Shown piece after piece: positions 27,301-40,929 of a DNA stretch of 64,000 bases. The position numbers and the translations under genes are program-made. This stretch comes from Eledone cirrhosa. Lineage: Eukaryota. The stretch is taken from contig OZ024741.1 of the NCBI GenBank assembly GCA_964016885.1, positions 93,682,001 to 93,746,000 on the forward strand. The letters run 5' to 3'. Each line of letters opens with the position of its first letter. Positions within the stretch are counted from its first letter, which is position 1. The notes beneath the pieces are model-generated. The model ran no database searches, had not been told where the DNA came from, and worked only from the letters and a program-made list of their open reading frames with translations.

Positions 27301-27858
27301 GAATGGTTAAAATGTAAAATGTAAATACCTTTAAGTGAGGTTATTGGGGAAGATAGAGTAGAAAAGGAAGAGAGAAAGAAGGGTTGAGGGAGAGAAAGAT
27401 ATGCAGGGGTTTGAGAAATGGGAGAGAGTGGTTTGTATAATACAGATATCTTAATCAAAATGTTGTGGTAGGGGTTTTATTATACTGGTTACTCTTAAAG
27501 CGACAACCTTAAGCGATGCGTTGATAGTTAAGGTTGGAGTTATTTCATAGATGTGGAGAGGGAGGGAGGTGGACTGAGGGCGAGAGAGGGGGGGGGGAAT
27601 GGAGAGAAAGGGAGAGATAGAGAGGGGACAGACGAAAGCATTGGGATGGGTGTACATTGAGTTCATAGTTCTAGGCTACAAATTGCACTAAGTATCCATT
27701 TATAGTGATAAGCAGGGTATTGTCTTGTAGTGTGGTGGATATAGTAAAGAAGTTGTTATTGAGAGAAAGTAGTTAGCTAGAAAGCAATGTTATAGTTACG
27801 GGTTCGAATGTTAAGTTATTTTATAGTGAGAGAATTTAGCCTTCAGTTTGTGGTTGTG

Positions 27859-28198
27859 TGTTTCAACACACGTTTTCAGATAAGAAATCTTGCATATGGT
27901 ATTATAAAGATTTTTTCCATTTATTGTTATTGTCAAAATTTATATATATATATATATTTATTTAGGTTTAAAGGTTCACCACTGGACAATTCCGTATGGT
28001 CAATCTTGATGTAATAATATGGAGAGTACTCAACATAAAGCAGCTCAACCGTCTTCGTTTGTGTAGTTGGTGGTGCGAGTACCGAGTTAAATATTATTTT
28101 ATTATATATATATATTAATTTTGACAATATCAATAAATGGAAAAGATCTTTATAATACCATATGCAAGATTTCTTATCTGAAAACGTGTGTTGAAACA
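27859..28198. repeat. Inverted repeats (27859-27945 / 28116-28198) flanking a hammerhead-element tail
   Basis: Arms overlap the sequence 3' of the 25227 hammerhead; the centre is the reverse complement of 42573-42713. Confidence 0.8.
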
Positions 28199-28199
28199 G

Positions 28200-28513
28200 A
28201 TATTGTTATACTTTGGGAGGGTCATGCTGCCAATAAAAACATACGCACCTGTTGGTTATCACTTCAATTTATTATAAATTTCCGGTTGGGTTGTTCAACA
28301 ACACACAAAAACAAGATGGTGTAAGAGAGACAAAATATAAGAAATCAGCCACTGAGGAGGTCGCAGAATGTGTGACGAAAGAGCTTTGACAATATATAAA
28401 CAACTATCCAGTTATTGAACCAACCAACCAGAAATTTATAATAAATTGAAGTGAAAATCAACAGGTGAGTGTGTTTTTATTGGCAGCATGACCCTCCCAA
28501 AGTATAACAATAT
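28200..28513 (+). mobile_element. Fold-back unit with a probable hammerhead at 28348-28390; degenerate copy at about 33075-33185
   Basis: Arms 28200-28302 / 28411-28513; GCCA-CTGAGGA-G-GTCGCA..TGTGAC-GAAA-GAGC-TT-TGAC. Confidence 0.6.
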
Positions 28514-28523
28514 ATATATATCA

Positions 28524-29184
28524 ATCATCATCATCATCATCATCATCATCAGGTTTAGCGTCCGTGTTCCACGCTTGCATGGGTTTGGACGGGGGTTTTC
28601 CCACTTGAGGCAAGAGTGGTTGTCTTGCTCGCATAGGACTGTCTGGCGGGTTTTCTACAGTTGGATGCCCTTCCTAACACCAACCACATTTACAGTGTGG
28701 GGCTGGGAGGTTTTTACCGTGTTGCCTACACGGCCACATTACAGCGTGGACTGTCTGGCGGGTTTTCTACAGCTGGATGCCCTTCCTAACACCAACCACA
28801 TTTACAGTGTGGGGCTGGGAGGTTTTTACCGTGTTGCCTACACGGCCACATTTACAGCGTGGACTGTGTGTTTTTTGTCGTGACACCTACACGATCTCAT
28901 TTGTTTCGGCCTGGATGTTGTGGGACCGACATAACTTTACATTGAAAGGGGCGGTGTGGGTGGGGTGGAGGTGGTGGGACGGGGGTGTGTTTTGATAGAG
29001 ATGCCTACTGACTGTAGTAGGTTTTTACTTTGTATTTAGGTAAGGCGGGTCTTCTCTATTACTGAGTACCGCCAAAGGTCTCGGTCCAGTGACATTGTCT
29101 TGGAGAGGTGTAAGCGTGTGAGGTCGGAATTTATCAGCTCGTCCCATGTTTTTCTGGGTCTGCCTACTCCGTGGCTACCGTCTA
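28524..29184 (-). mobile_element. 3' fragment of RTE family E with an about 110-bp tandem duplication
   Basis: Reverse complement of about 23980-24513; 28636-28747 is repeated at 28748-28860. Confidence 0.92.
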
Positions 29185-29382
29185 TCAATATATATATATA
29201 CAGCATACAGATTGAACCATGAGCTGATCAATCACGAAATGCATGTCACACCTGAATAAACTGTTTATGAAGGAAAGTGACCATAGTATAACAACCAAAT
29301 ATATAACACCATGTACTATACTTAAAAGGACCCACCTATGCAGCGAGTGGTCAAGTTGGTGAAGTAACAGTAACGTAATGTT

Positions 29383-29449
<67 letters not shown>

Positions 29450-29504
29450 CCCCACCCAACTTCCATGAAGACTGGCTGAAGTATATATCCAGTGAAGCCT
29501 TGGT

Positions 29505-29830
29505 GACATGACAAAAAGCACCCAGTACTCACTGTAAATGAAGTTGGCGTTAGGAATGGCATCCAGCTGTAGAAACCAAGCCAAAATCAGTTCTGTATGA
29601 GCAAGACATGATCCCCTGACCTGGCATTGCTCACAACAGGACAACTCGTCTAACCCATGTTAGCGTGGAAAAATGGGCGTTAAACGGTGATGAATATTAT
29701 GATAGGAAATATAAGTGAAGGTGTATGGCTTAATGGCTAGCATATTGATCTAATAATCGTGAGGTTGTGAGTTAAATTCGTGGACTGGGCGACTTTCACG
29801 TAAGTCCAATCCACTCAACTGAAAAAAAGG
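29505..29830 (+). mobile_element. SINE/LINE tail fragment followed by a SINE head fragment
   Basis: GTTGGCGTTAGGAATGGCATCCAGCTGTAGAAA and a degenerate TGGCTTAATGG head. Confidence 0.7.
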
Positions 29831-30112
29831 AGAGATCTGCATACAAGGGAAACTGTCCATCCTAGAATATGTATGAAGTGATGAGGCTGAAACTTCGGAA
29901 TCACTGCCATTTAACTACTTAGAAGATATATTTCCAGCATTCAGTATTGAGTGTTTAACTAGTTATTCTTTGATTGTGTTAAATAATATACACATTCTAA
30001 TATATATATTACAGGAGACCCCAGTACTTATTTTTTCATGTTTAGTATGTACTTTGTTGATTCCTTTTTTTTAATCAATAAGTTACGGGACATAATAAAT
30101 ATATACACAACA

Positions 30113-30157
<45 letters not shown>

Positions 30158-30239
30158 TGTGTGTCTATATTTATTTTGTCCCGTAAAACTAATAAACCTT
30201 TGTTCGTACTGCCTCTCTGTTTTGTTCCCGTTCCATTTT

Positions 30240-30293
<54 letters not shown>

Positions 30294-32467
30294 TATATAG
30301 CAATAATAAGTATGGATGAGGTGTCAAATTTTCATTAAGCTTATTCAGGTGTGACGCGCGTTTCGCGATTGATCAGCTTAAGGTTCGATCTCTATCGATC
30401 GGCCCCAACTCATACACATGACGGACTTCAGCAGTTTCCGTCTACTAAATTCCCCTCACAAGACATTGGTCAACCTGAGGCTAGAAGACACATACAAGCT
30501 CGAGGCGCGAAACAAACCCCTCAATCACACACACATGTTGAGCGCATGTATATATATATATACATTTTTCTACAGGTTTCAGCCATTAGACTCTGGCCAT
30601 ACTAGATAATGCTTAGTATTGACGGTAACGAGAATGAGTACTCAACACCATACTAGAGATCAATACATTCCTTATTAAGGGTAAACTTGAGTCCTGTGTA
30701 CTCACATGGGCGTCAGCCAAGTTTTGACGGACGACCCTGTTAGTACTTAATAGAAACTCCAGAGTAACCAGACGTAAGCTTGGCTATATATATATATATA
30801 TACATACATACGCGTGTTTGTATTTATATAAATGCTTGTATATATAAGAAGGTGGGTAAGGCACAGAAGAAAATATAATTGAGGGAAATATTGTTGCTGG
30901 TGAACAGATAAGTATAAATATTTGAATGTCTGTGAGTGGAGAATAATGCGGAACTATTTCTGTCCAAATGAGAAACTGTACAAAGAACTACTTACGGTGA
31001 ATCCCAATATCATGATAATGGCAAAGATTACAAGGAAAGCGACGAGAAAATAGCGAAAGAGACATTGTCGGACCACTGGGAACATGTTTGAGCGTGCCTG
31101 TTGTTTCAAATTAAGACAATTAAGTCTCAGCTGGCTGCATGTAGCCGGTGTCAAGTGAAAATATGTAACTAAGTATTTAATTTCTATACGATATTCCCCG
31201 TAGCCAAGTGATTCTTTGAACGAAACTCACCAATGTTTTTAAATAATTGATTTTTACAAATCATCATGGCTTTATTAGTGAGACCTTAACGAGATGATAT
31301 AGGGTTTGTGCCCTTCCCAAAAGAGTTTAATTTCTTTTTTTCAATGACAGCGATTTATTTTCCTGGACTGAAATATACTGTATACGATTCGCTCTTATTT
31401 AGAAGCGAAATATTTGTGAAAAAGCATTGTTGTATTTAAAAGATTTTTTATTGAACATACGTTCAACCTGATATAATAAAAGAATGTAAATTTATAGAAC
31501 ATCCTTTTCGATTTCAGTGGAAAATAATTATTTTTCCTAGTTTTTTTTTAAATCTTTTTTTTTTCCCCCCCTGTGCTACCAACTAATCTGACCTCCGAAT
31601 ATGCCGCAAAGGACACCCCTCCCCACGAAAACAGAGAGGGAAGCGGGGGCTTGGACTCTGACCGAAGTTTTCTTTACCATTAATTTTTTTTCATGTGTTA
31701 GTAGCGTATTCGGCCTCCAAAGAAGTTGTAAATGACTAGCTTTGTAGAAAAGGGAGGGGGAGATGGTGGGGGAAGATCCTCTGAATTTTGCAGATCTACA
31801 CTTCTCTCGCGTTTGGTGGGAAATGTTTCTTTTTTCGTGTCGCCAAACACACTAACCCTAACCTCTAAAGCTGGCCATAACCCTAACTCCTAACACTACT
31901 CCTTACACTAACCCTTCCGACATTTGTTGTGAGGTAGGGTCATATAAAAAAAAAAGAATAATATACCACATGAAAAAAAAACACGATAAAAAAACTCCGA
32001 TGCAGAGGAGAGAGTGTTCCACTGCCTTCCCCTTCGTTTTTCCGGGAAAAAGTCCTTTGTGGCATGTTCGGAGGTTAGATTAGTCGATAACACACGAAAA
32101 ACAAACAAACATGTAAAATAATTATTTCCCAGTGAAATCGAATTAGGTGATCTTCTAAAATACCAAAAATAGCATTGTTTCATACACGAAAGAGCTCAAA
32201 AGATTCACTTTGCACTACGTTGAACAGTGCAAATTACCGTATTTACAAATGCTTTCGCCCAGGTTTTCATCATTTTTTTTTTGTTTTATCTTTCTTAAAA
32301 TGAATTAGTGAGTCATGTAAATAGCTGTTTTTTAGATTAAAAATCTCAATATTGATATTAAACAGTTATTAAATAAAGTAATCTATGCTTGCCTATTTAA
32401 ATATACAGCTAACATACACGTTCTGTGTGATAACATTTAAATTTAAGTAATGGAAACTATTATATTG

Positions 32468-32990
32468 ACAGAATTGTTAGAGCGTCCGATAAAAAGCCAC
32501 TGTGTTATTTGTTCTGACTCTTTACATTCTGCGTTCAAATTCTGCCATGGTCAACTTTGCCTTTCATCCTAGTCTTAACAATCGCAAGTCTTAACTTTGG
32601 ATGTCTTTACAGTCTCTGCTGTGATTTGCGTCTGCTTGTACCGCAAGGGCAAGAAGGGGAACCTATTTCGAAGCCAGACTTTGTAAGCCTCCTTCTTTGC
32701 TCGGATGGCATCTTTAACCTCCTGATTTAACCATGGGTTCCTCCTTTCACCCGGTGCCACACCAAGCTGCTTTCGGAGTATTTACCAGCTGAAGCGGAAA
32801 CTGCCGAACTCAACTGTTTTCACTCTGATTCAACGTCCTCAGTTTCTTCAGGGAGTTCTCTGAATTTCGAGAGCAAAAAATAATAATTGTTTCTACTTTT
32901 GGCACAAGGCCAGCAATTACCCAGTGCATTACTGGTACTTTATTTTATCGACCCCGTAAGGATGAAAGGCAAAGTTAACCTCGGCAAAAA
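32468..32990. mobile_element. Second SINE family fragments (32468-32570 +, 32880-32985 -) around an RTE fragment (32575-32870 -)
   Basis: GTCAACTTTGCCTTTCATCCT domain; PWLNQEVKDAIRAKKEAYK peptide. Confidence 0.7.
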
Positions 32991-33447
32991 ATAATGATAA
33001 TAAATAAATTAAAAGAAAAAAAGAAGTAATGAGATCAGAAAGAAGAGGAGGCACAGAGAAGAACTAAATAGCCATCGAGGAGGTGCAAGGATGTGTGACG
33101 AAAGAGCTTCGACGAACTAACCAATAACTAATAATAAGAACGCTGAAGTGAAAGTGAATAGTGCGTGTGTTTTTATTGGCAAAATTAGCAACATGCTGTA
33201 TCAACACACGATTTTATATCAAGAACCTTGCAAAACTTCTACATTAACCCCCCCCCCCTTCCACACACTCACGAAAAGAACAGGTTAGAGCGTACACATT
33301 GGTTAATATTACCTAGAGTAACGTATCCTAGACTATGCGTAGATATATTGATATAAAGGCACAAGACAAGCGGGAAGGTAAGCAATGAACTCACATGAAG
33401 GTGGTAAATACCAATTCTTAAGGCCTATACAGATCTGTTTCGAGCCG

Positions 33448-33498
<51 letters not shown>

Positions 33499-33499
33499 A

Positions 33500-35375
33500 A
33501 AGAACAGGTTCAAACAGAAGCACAGTTCACCATAGCTAGGACAGAACTCCGACAGATTCTAGAACAATACACGAGAAGACAGAGTCATACCGAGGCACAA
33601 CAACTCGGTAACAAATACACAGATGGCCTACATAAACCCATACAACACGCGAGGAATGGAGAGATCATGAGCTTCTCCACAGATAAGTCTTCCAGAATGT
33701 CAAATGACAGCCTGCCAAACTATATCTAGGCAATGCAACCCCACATCATCAACATGAATGAAACAACACCGCAAGCCTATGAAGAGAGAGAAAAGATCCT
33801 CAGTACTCATATGATGATGTGGTCTGAGATCCTCGGACCAAGGAAGCGCACGGTCAACAATTTCCAAGTCTCAAATAGTGGCATCCCAGCGTTGTGTGGA
33901 CTCCGCTAGGATCATAAAATAACCACCGATCCTGTGGCAGAACCACCGACAAGACCCGTCTGCAGAGCAAACATTGTCAGCAACTACAGGATCACCTACT
34001 TCCTCTCTATGATCATACGTCGCATAATCAAGATGCCCTTTGACGTGTGTGACAGAGGCCTCCTCAGTAGAATCAACAAGTGCAACCAAACCCACGACCT
34101 GTAAAACTGCATATTAGGCAGCATGGGTTTAATATCCTTATACCCATCCATCGACGTTAATATTGCTGTGGAGATGATCAGCAAGAGTGATCTGGAATTC
34201 CGAGGAATTGTCACTGAGGAACTGGGCCTCCTCCTTAAACTTATCTGTGACAGAGAATATCTAGATGAATATAACTTCAGCTGTTTCTGCCCCGGTAGAC
34301 TTGTAAGAGATAGACCATCACCTCAATAGCTAAAACGATTTCCAAGGAAAGATGGAGCGGGTGGGCCAGAGCCATACGGACCCCCGAAAACTACGACCAG
34401 GTGAGAAGAATGATCGCTCGCATATGCGGTGGGAATGAGTATTAAAACTATCCTAAAGGGCCACGTGTTTCAGTTCAAAAATAAAACATACGCCAGAGAA
34501 GAGAGAACAGCCATCGGCGTCAGCGTCGCTGGTACCAATCTGTTCGTTGTGTGCTGGGACAGAAAACTCAAAGAAAGCTGTACACCCGAGAAGAAGGAAC
34601 AGCCATCGGCGTCAGCGTCGCTGGGACCAATCTGTTCGTGGTGTGCTGGGACAGAAAACTCAAAGAAAGCTTAACTGAGAATTCCATAGCCATGTACTCT
34701 CGCTGTGGACGATATCAGTATAGTGGTTAAAATTACTCCACGAGAGAGTACCCATGAACCGGAACTAAAAGCTAGCACCATGGAGAGCATCCAGCAAATA
34801 GCTATCTCCATCCAAAAGAACATTAAGGTAACAGTAGACCACCCCACTAAACACCCGAACCATAGATTGCCCGTGTTAGATACAGAGCTCTGGATGGAAT
34901 CTAAGAATGGTAAAACCCAAGTACTCTGCTCACATTATAGCAAACCCATGGCTTCCAAATACCTGATCCACTGGAACTCAGCTATCTCAGTGCTATTCAA
35001 TATCTTGATAGCGGACCTGGCAAGAGTGATGAGAAATGTATTCCGCATGCGCGAACCAACAGAGTTAAAGAGACACATACAGCAATTTATCCACCGCAAG
35101 CAGTTCTCTGGTTATAACCAAAGAGACAGGATCAGAGTGTACAAAGGAGCCATGGCTAAATTCAAAACCAGTATGGAGAATGATATGAATAGGATTGACT
35201 CATTCTACAGGAGCAAATCATGGAATAGCATAGAAAGGATTAAGAAAAAGAGTGGGAAGGCCAATTCGTGGTTTGACAGGCAAAAATACCAGAGTGTCAT
35301 GTTTGTCGATGCTACCCCCTAGAGGCGAACTAGCGTATCGTTTTAGAAGAGCTTTAGAAAAAAATAACATCATGT
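33500..35375 (+). pseudogene. Degenerate Penelope-like reverse transcriptase
   Basis: RPVC, SLYPSID, HVFQFKNKTY..AIGVS, VDDI, LPVLD, YSKPMAS, FSGY motifs across broken frames. Confidence 0.75.
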
Positions 35376-35384
35376 CTGCAAATT

Positions 35385-36470
35385 CCACCTGACTGATTTT
35401 ACACCCGCCAATTACGATACTACTTCCAACCTAGCTGCGCATGTCAATCTTGTTCATGTAAATGATAAACAGGAGAGTTGATAGTACGCACCCTTGGCGG
35501 AGTCCGACTCCCACATTGAATGGTTTCGATTTAGCAACATTTATCTGAACACAGATACTCGATCATTCGTATAGAGACATCGGGGCAGTAAGAAGCTGAC
35601 AATAGATCCCATACTCCTGTACAACCTTCCTTCTACAGCAGGTCCCGAGGAACGCGGTCATATACCTTTTCAAAGTCGACAAAATAAGAATATACTTCTT
35701 GGCAATACTCCCACGATTTCTCGAAGATTGCGGCAGTGTGAATATTTGGTCGACTGTGCTGCGGCCGGTGCGAAAACCGCACTGTTCATCAGCTAGCTTG
35801 GGCTCGACAATCTCCCTGCATTTCTTTGCCAGACACTTAGCATAGACTTTACCGGGGAGGCTTAACAAGGAGATCCCTCTGATTGGAGCAATCTCTCTTG
35901 TCTCCCCTTTTTTTAATTTGGATTATCACTCCCGATTGCCAATGCTTAAGTGCCTTTTCAGAGATCTAGGCGACCCGGCACACATGAGTCAGCCAGAGAA
36001 TACCTTCTCTATTTAAGGCTTTTAACATCTCGGGCTGGATTTACGTGTGGTGGGAGGCAGGAGGCTGAATTAAGTGCAAGAATTGCAGGAGCTGGTGCGG
36101 TAATGCGCCAGCTTCAGTATTCAGTAGTCAGAAGAAGAGAGGGAAGCATAAAAGCTAAATTCGCTACCTTCAATTCGGTATTAATAACAACCCTTACCTA
36201 TGGTCATGAATCTTGGATAATGATCGAAAGGATACGATCACGAATCCATTTCGACCGAAATGGGGTTCCTCTTAAGGGTCTTTGGAGTAAGGTTACTTGA
36301 TAGAGTGCGTAGTTCGAAGATCAGAGAGTCACTCCAAGTAGAGTCACTACTTCTCCGAATTGAGAGAATTGAGCTCCGATACTATGGGCATGTGGTTAGA
36401 ATGTCTCAAGAAAGAATCGCTGGGCTGGAGAGCCATGGTTGCCAATGTCTGGAACACGCCTAGCACCTGA
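35385..36470. mobile_element. RTE fragment with internal inversion (35385-35950 -, 36040-36470 +)
   Basis: LPGKVYAK, QCGFR on minus; LTYGHESW, LRYYGHV on plus; same family as 60380-62720. Confidence 0.85.
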
Positions 36471-36570
36471 TCATGGTGATATTTATGAGCGTGGGTGAGG
36501 GCGTGTATGTGTGTATGTATATATGTATATATATATAATTCTTCCCTCCGCCTCTAGAGTAAGATTCCAG

Positions 36571-36821
36571 TGACATTCAGGTGCATTGCATAACAATTAT
36601 AAAGGAAACATGGTCGACACAGGTTGTGTACACGGAGATAAAATAAAGATAAAATACTTGCTCTGTGTACACAACCTGTGTCCACCACGTTTCCTTTATA
36701 ACTGTTATGCAATGCACCTGATGATGTCATTGGAAGCTTCCTGGTCATTGAAATATATATGGTGCCTGTAGGATAAAAACTTTAAAGGAATTTCAGCTTT
36801 CCGGCCTCCTGTCGCTTTATT

Positions 36822-36830
<9 letters not shown>
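36571..36830 (+). mobile_element. Fold-back unit with a hammerhead motif at 36714-36765
   Basis: Arms 36571-36637 / 36661-36729; GCAC-CTGATGA-..-GAAA-TATATA-TG-GTGC (G at the cleavage position, probably inactive). Confidence 0.7.
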
Positions 36831-36865
<35 letters not shown>

Positions 36866-37070
36866 AGTCGTTTGGAAGCCTCGACAATGCAAATGGGTAA
36901 ATCTCCGGGTAACAAGGTCCGGTGGTGGAGAGAGAGATGTAAGTGGGTGTACGTTGAGATGCGTGGTGTATATAAGATGTGTGAGATGTGTAGAATGAAG
37001 GGAAGAGTATAAAGGATAAAAATAAAAATAACAACACAAGAGAGAGTTACCTTGGGAGAGATTTAATAGT

Positions 37071-37106
37071 CCCTATATATTTCGGATTCACATCCATCAA
37101 CAGGGG
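37071..37106 (-). ncRNA. Variant minimal hammerhead in the PLE pLTR (copy at 40343-40378 +)
   Basis: CCC-CTGTTGA-T-GGAT-GTGA-ATCC-GAAA-TATA-TA-GGG; the other copy reads CAGTTGA. Confidence 0.6.
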
Positions 37107-37515
37107 TTTTTTTCCGGGGTGGGGGAAAAGGTTGTCTGTCGGACAAGTCCGGAACGCGTCTTTCGCTGTTTGTTGTTTTGAATATCTGAGGTATTCGGCA
37201 GAGCGCGCGTGCGCGTGAAATGGGGTCGGTCGTACAGAGGTCAGCGGCCGAATGAGGGAGTGGGATGGCGCTAGCTGTCAGTCCATTCTCTGCCTGTTTG
37301 TTAAATGTTACTGTGTGTGTGTGTGCGTGTGTTGTTGTCTCGCTTGAGTGTGTGTGTGTGTGTGTGTGTTGTTGCCTTGTTCATCTGTATTGGCAGTGTA
37401 GTATGTTCGTATGGTGGAATGCTACTGTGTGTGTGTGTGCGCGTGTGTGTGTAGTTGTCTCGTTTGCGTGTGTGTGTGTGTGCGTGTGTTGTGTGTTGTT
37501 GCATCGCTTGTTAAC

Positions 37516-40184
37516 TTAAACCAGCCATTTCATTTCGCTTCTCTCTGATCGGTTGTTTATTTGCGGTTGCAGTCGTTTGATAAAAAGCGCTTCTTTGATA
37601 CGTAACGTGCCGACGTTTCTTTCAGTCGCTAGAATTGTGACAATGGGCCTTCCGTCTTTGTTTCCGCATTTGTTTATGTGTTTCCGGAAGGACGAGGCCC
37701 TGGTTTTAGTGTGTTCCTTGATCCGGATGTGCAAAGGTCGAATTGTGCTACCTATGTAGTATTGGTTGCACCTGTCACATTCTATCTTATACACGACGTA
37801 TGTGCGTAGGCAACAGTTAGCATGGCGTATCGGGCAGTCTCTGAGGGAGCATGCGTCAGTAGATTTTTCGGGTTTCCTGGAGAGGCATCTTCGCAGGGAG
37901 GGGCCCGAGTGGGCCAGGTGGATGTCGAGGCCCTCCCTCCGTATAGCCTTGCGGATAGCGTTGGTGGTTTTCTCGCCCAGGTGTGGCATTTTAAGGAAGC
38001 ACTTGCCTTGGGTGCTTCTCTGTCTCTTGCGTCTGGTGTCTCCTATTCTGTCTGTGATCGAGGTAGGGTACCTGTTCGTCTCCAGCACATCGAGGAATCG
38101 CTTGGTATGAGTGACACCACTCGCGGGATCGCTGCATCTGTTTTTGATTCGCGCGATCTCGTTCGTGATGTATCCTCTTTTGGCACTGTTAGGGAGGGCG
38201 GACTTGTAGTGAACGAATAGGTCCCTGCAGGCTGCCTTTCTGTAGAAGTTGCAGTGGATCCCTCCTTGTTCCGTGATGTTGATTCGGAAGTCGAGGAGGG
38301 CAAGTGACCCGTCTTCGTTGGGGTGTTCAACACTGAAGTCAATGTTCTCGTCCGTGTTGTTGAACGTCTCATAGATTCTGTTCGCCGTGTCTTGGGAAGA
38401 TGTGAGGATGAGGATATCGTCCACGTATCTTGAGAAAAAGGCTACGGCGTTGGGGTGGCAGGCGTTGAGTGCCTTGCGTTCGAGGTTGTCCATGTAGGAG
38501 ATCGCTAGCACACCTGATAGGCTTGATCCCATAGGCAATCCCGAGGTTTGTTGGTATATTTGGTCAAGGAATCCGAAGTAGGTGTTGTCGACGACGATGG
38601 ATAGGTGTTGGTGGATGTCAGTGGTGGTGAGCCCGAAGCAGTGTAGGTCGGTGGATTGTACGCGTTCCATTAGTATATTGACGGCCGGGAGTGCCGCGAC
38701 CGAGGTGTAGAGAGCGACTACATCAAGGCTGAAGGCATATCTGTTATTCCTTCTGGTGTCGGGATCCATTTGATGCAGGCGCTTCAACACCTCCTCGGAG
38801 CTGTTAACGTGTCCCGGCAAGGTGTCTAAGATGGGTTTGAGTATTCTGGCTAGGAGCCATGAAATTTTGTAGAGTGGTCCCTCCACGCTCGATACGATGG
38901 GCCTGATTTTCAGGTCGGGTCCCTGTTTGTGTGTTTTCACGAGGTGGTAGAAGGCGGGTAGTCTGCTGTTCCTCGTGAGGAGGTTGTATCTCAGCTTCTT
39001 CGGGAGCTTCCGCCGGTCGCAGATGTTGGTCCAGGCGGAGTTGATGTGTTCTTCTATCTGCGCGGGAGTGATTCCCGTGACCTTGGAGTAGAGGTTGTCA
39101 TCGTCAAGGTGTTGGAGGGCCAGGGTGTTGTAGGCCTCTCTGCTGATGACGCAGAATTATTTTCCCTTGTCGGAGGGGAGATAGATGAGGTTCTTCGATT
39201 TTAGATTGGAGAGAGTGGTGAGTTGAGATTTGGTGAGGTTATGTGTTGTGCGTGTGTGCGTGTGTTTGTGAAGTATATCCGAGATGGAGTATTTTAGCCT
39301 GATGAGTTTAGTGTCGAGTTCGTGGTTGGTGGGTGGGGCGTGGAGTGGGTTGTCGGGGTGGTAAGTGGGGAACGGGGTGGGTTGTGTCGGCGCTGTTATT
39401 ATCTGTGGCGCTGTTGATAGCGGTCACCCATTTAAGTTGGTAAGCGGCTCGACAAAAGTTGGCCTCGATGTTGAGTTTGAGTCTGTCGTCGAGATGTTGT
39501 GTGACGATGAACTTAGGTCCGAGGTGTAGGAGTTTCAGCTCGTCGCTCGTGAGAGTGCCGGTTAGGTCGGTGACCAGGTGCGTCGCATCGTTGAGGTATG
39601 GCTCGGTGTTGGTGGTTGCGGCGGTGGCGGTTGTTAAGTTGTTGTTTCCACGTGGTACTGGTCCGTCTGTTCGTTAGTGTCGATGTTCTCGTTGTGACGT
39701 TTCGACAAGATCCACTCATATTTTCGCTTGAGCCGTTTTTCTCGTATTGGACTCTGGAGTGGTAGTACTGGTCGATTGCTTTAGTGATTTTTAGGAGCAA
39801 GTCTCCGGGTGCTATTGGCAGTCGATGTGTTCGCTCTGAGAGTGTCCGCTTATGGAAGTGTAATTGGCGGTTGAGATGTCTCAGGATCTGTTTAATACAC
39901 GTGCGATGTATGCGGTTAGTGGTGTTACGTAGGCTTACTGGTAAGCGGATGTTCTTGATGGTGTTGGGGATGACATCGTTTTTTAGGCAGCGTTTCAGGA
40001 AAATAATTTGGCAGCCAGCGTTGGCCCATTTCTCCGACAGTCTAAACAGTTCCCTTACGGATGCAAACAATTCCTGGCTCAGGTGTAAGGATAAGAGAGT
40101 ATTGAAGTTTGCTTGAAGCATTGTGGAACAATAAGTAAATATCTTTAAGTCGTTTGGAAGCCTCGACAATGCAAATGGGTAAAT
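37516..40184 (-). pseudogene. PLE polyprotein: N-terminal domain, RT and GIY-YIG endonuclease (disrupted at about 39155 and 39420-39740)
   Basis: PSDKG, KTHK..IRPIVS, SLDVVALYTS, GLPMGS, RYVDD, LLDF, YRK, VVYKIEC..C..YIGST.R.LH.RIKEH, KEAL..QIN. Confidence 0.92.
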
Positions 40185-40628
40185 CCCACTCCCTCATTCG
40201 GCCGCTGACCTCTGTACGACCGACCCCATTTCACGCGCACGCGCGCTCTGCCGAATACCTCAGATATTCAAAACAACAAACAGCGAAAGACGCGTTCCGG
40301 ACTTGTCCGACAGACAACCTTTTCCCCCACCCCGGAAAAAACCCCCAGTTGATGGATGTGAATCCGAAATATATAGGGACTATTAAATCTCTCCCAAGGT
40401 AACTCTCTCTTGTGTTGTTATTTTTATTTTTATCCTTTATACTCTTCCCTTCATTCTACACATCTCACACATCTTATATACACCACGCATCTCAACGTAC
40501 ACCCACTTACATCTCTCTCTCGGACCTTGTTACCCGGAGATTTACCCATTTGCATTGTCGAGGCTTCCAAACGACTTAAAGATATTTACTTATTGTTCCA
40601 CAATGCTGCAAGCAAACTTCAATACTCT

Positions 40629-40706
<78 letters not shown>

Positions 40707-40929
40707 GAGGTTATATTTAATTTGTTGGGATTCAACAAGCTTAAACATTTTTATAACTGTTATAAAGCACTCAACAAATTAGTGGAGTATATACACAATA
40801 TATTAATAAATGGACACTCATTTGCATACTCTCTCATAACTTTGTATTACCCTCAATAAATATACTATCTCCACTATCCAGGAAACTCCAACCATTAAGG
40901 TTGTCTTTTTTTCCGGGTATGTCAATAAT

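Larger units (their letters stand above)
36862..40631 (-). mobile_element. Near-complete Penelope-like retroelement with inverted 5' pseudo-LTR
   Basis: pLTR 36862-37266 is the reverse complement of 40183-40580; the pLTR ends repeat the ORF start; flanked by (TA)n on both sides. Confidence 0.93.

Noticed and set aside
31850-31918. Telomere-like CCCTAA repeats
   Set aside because: Only a few degenerate units; not an array
37516-38940. Selenocysteine recoding as reported for some Naiad PLEs
   Set aside because: This RT/endonuclease frame has no in-frame TGA, and the upstream interruption near 39155 is TAA
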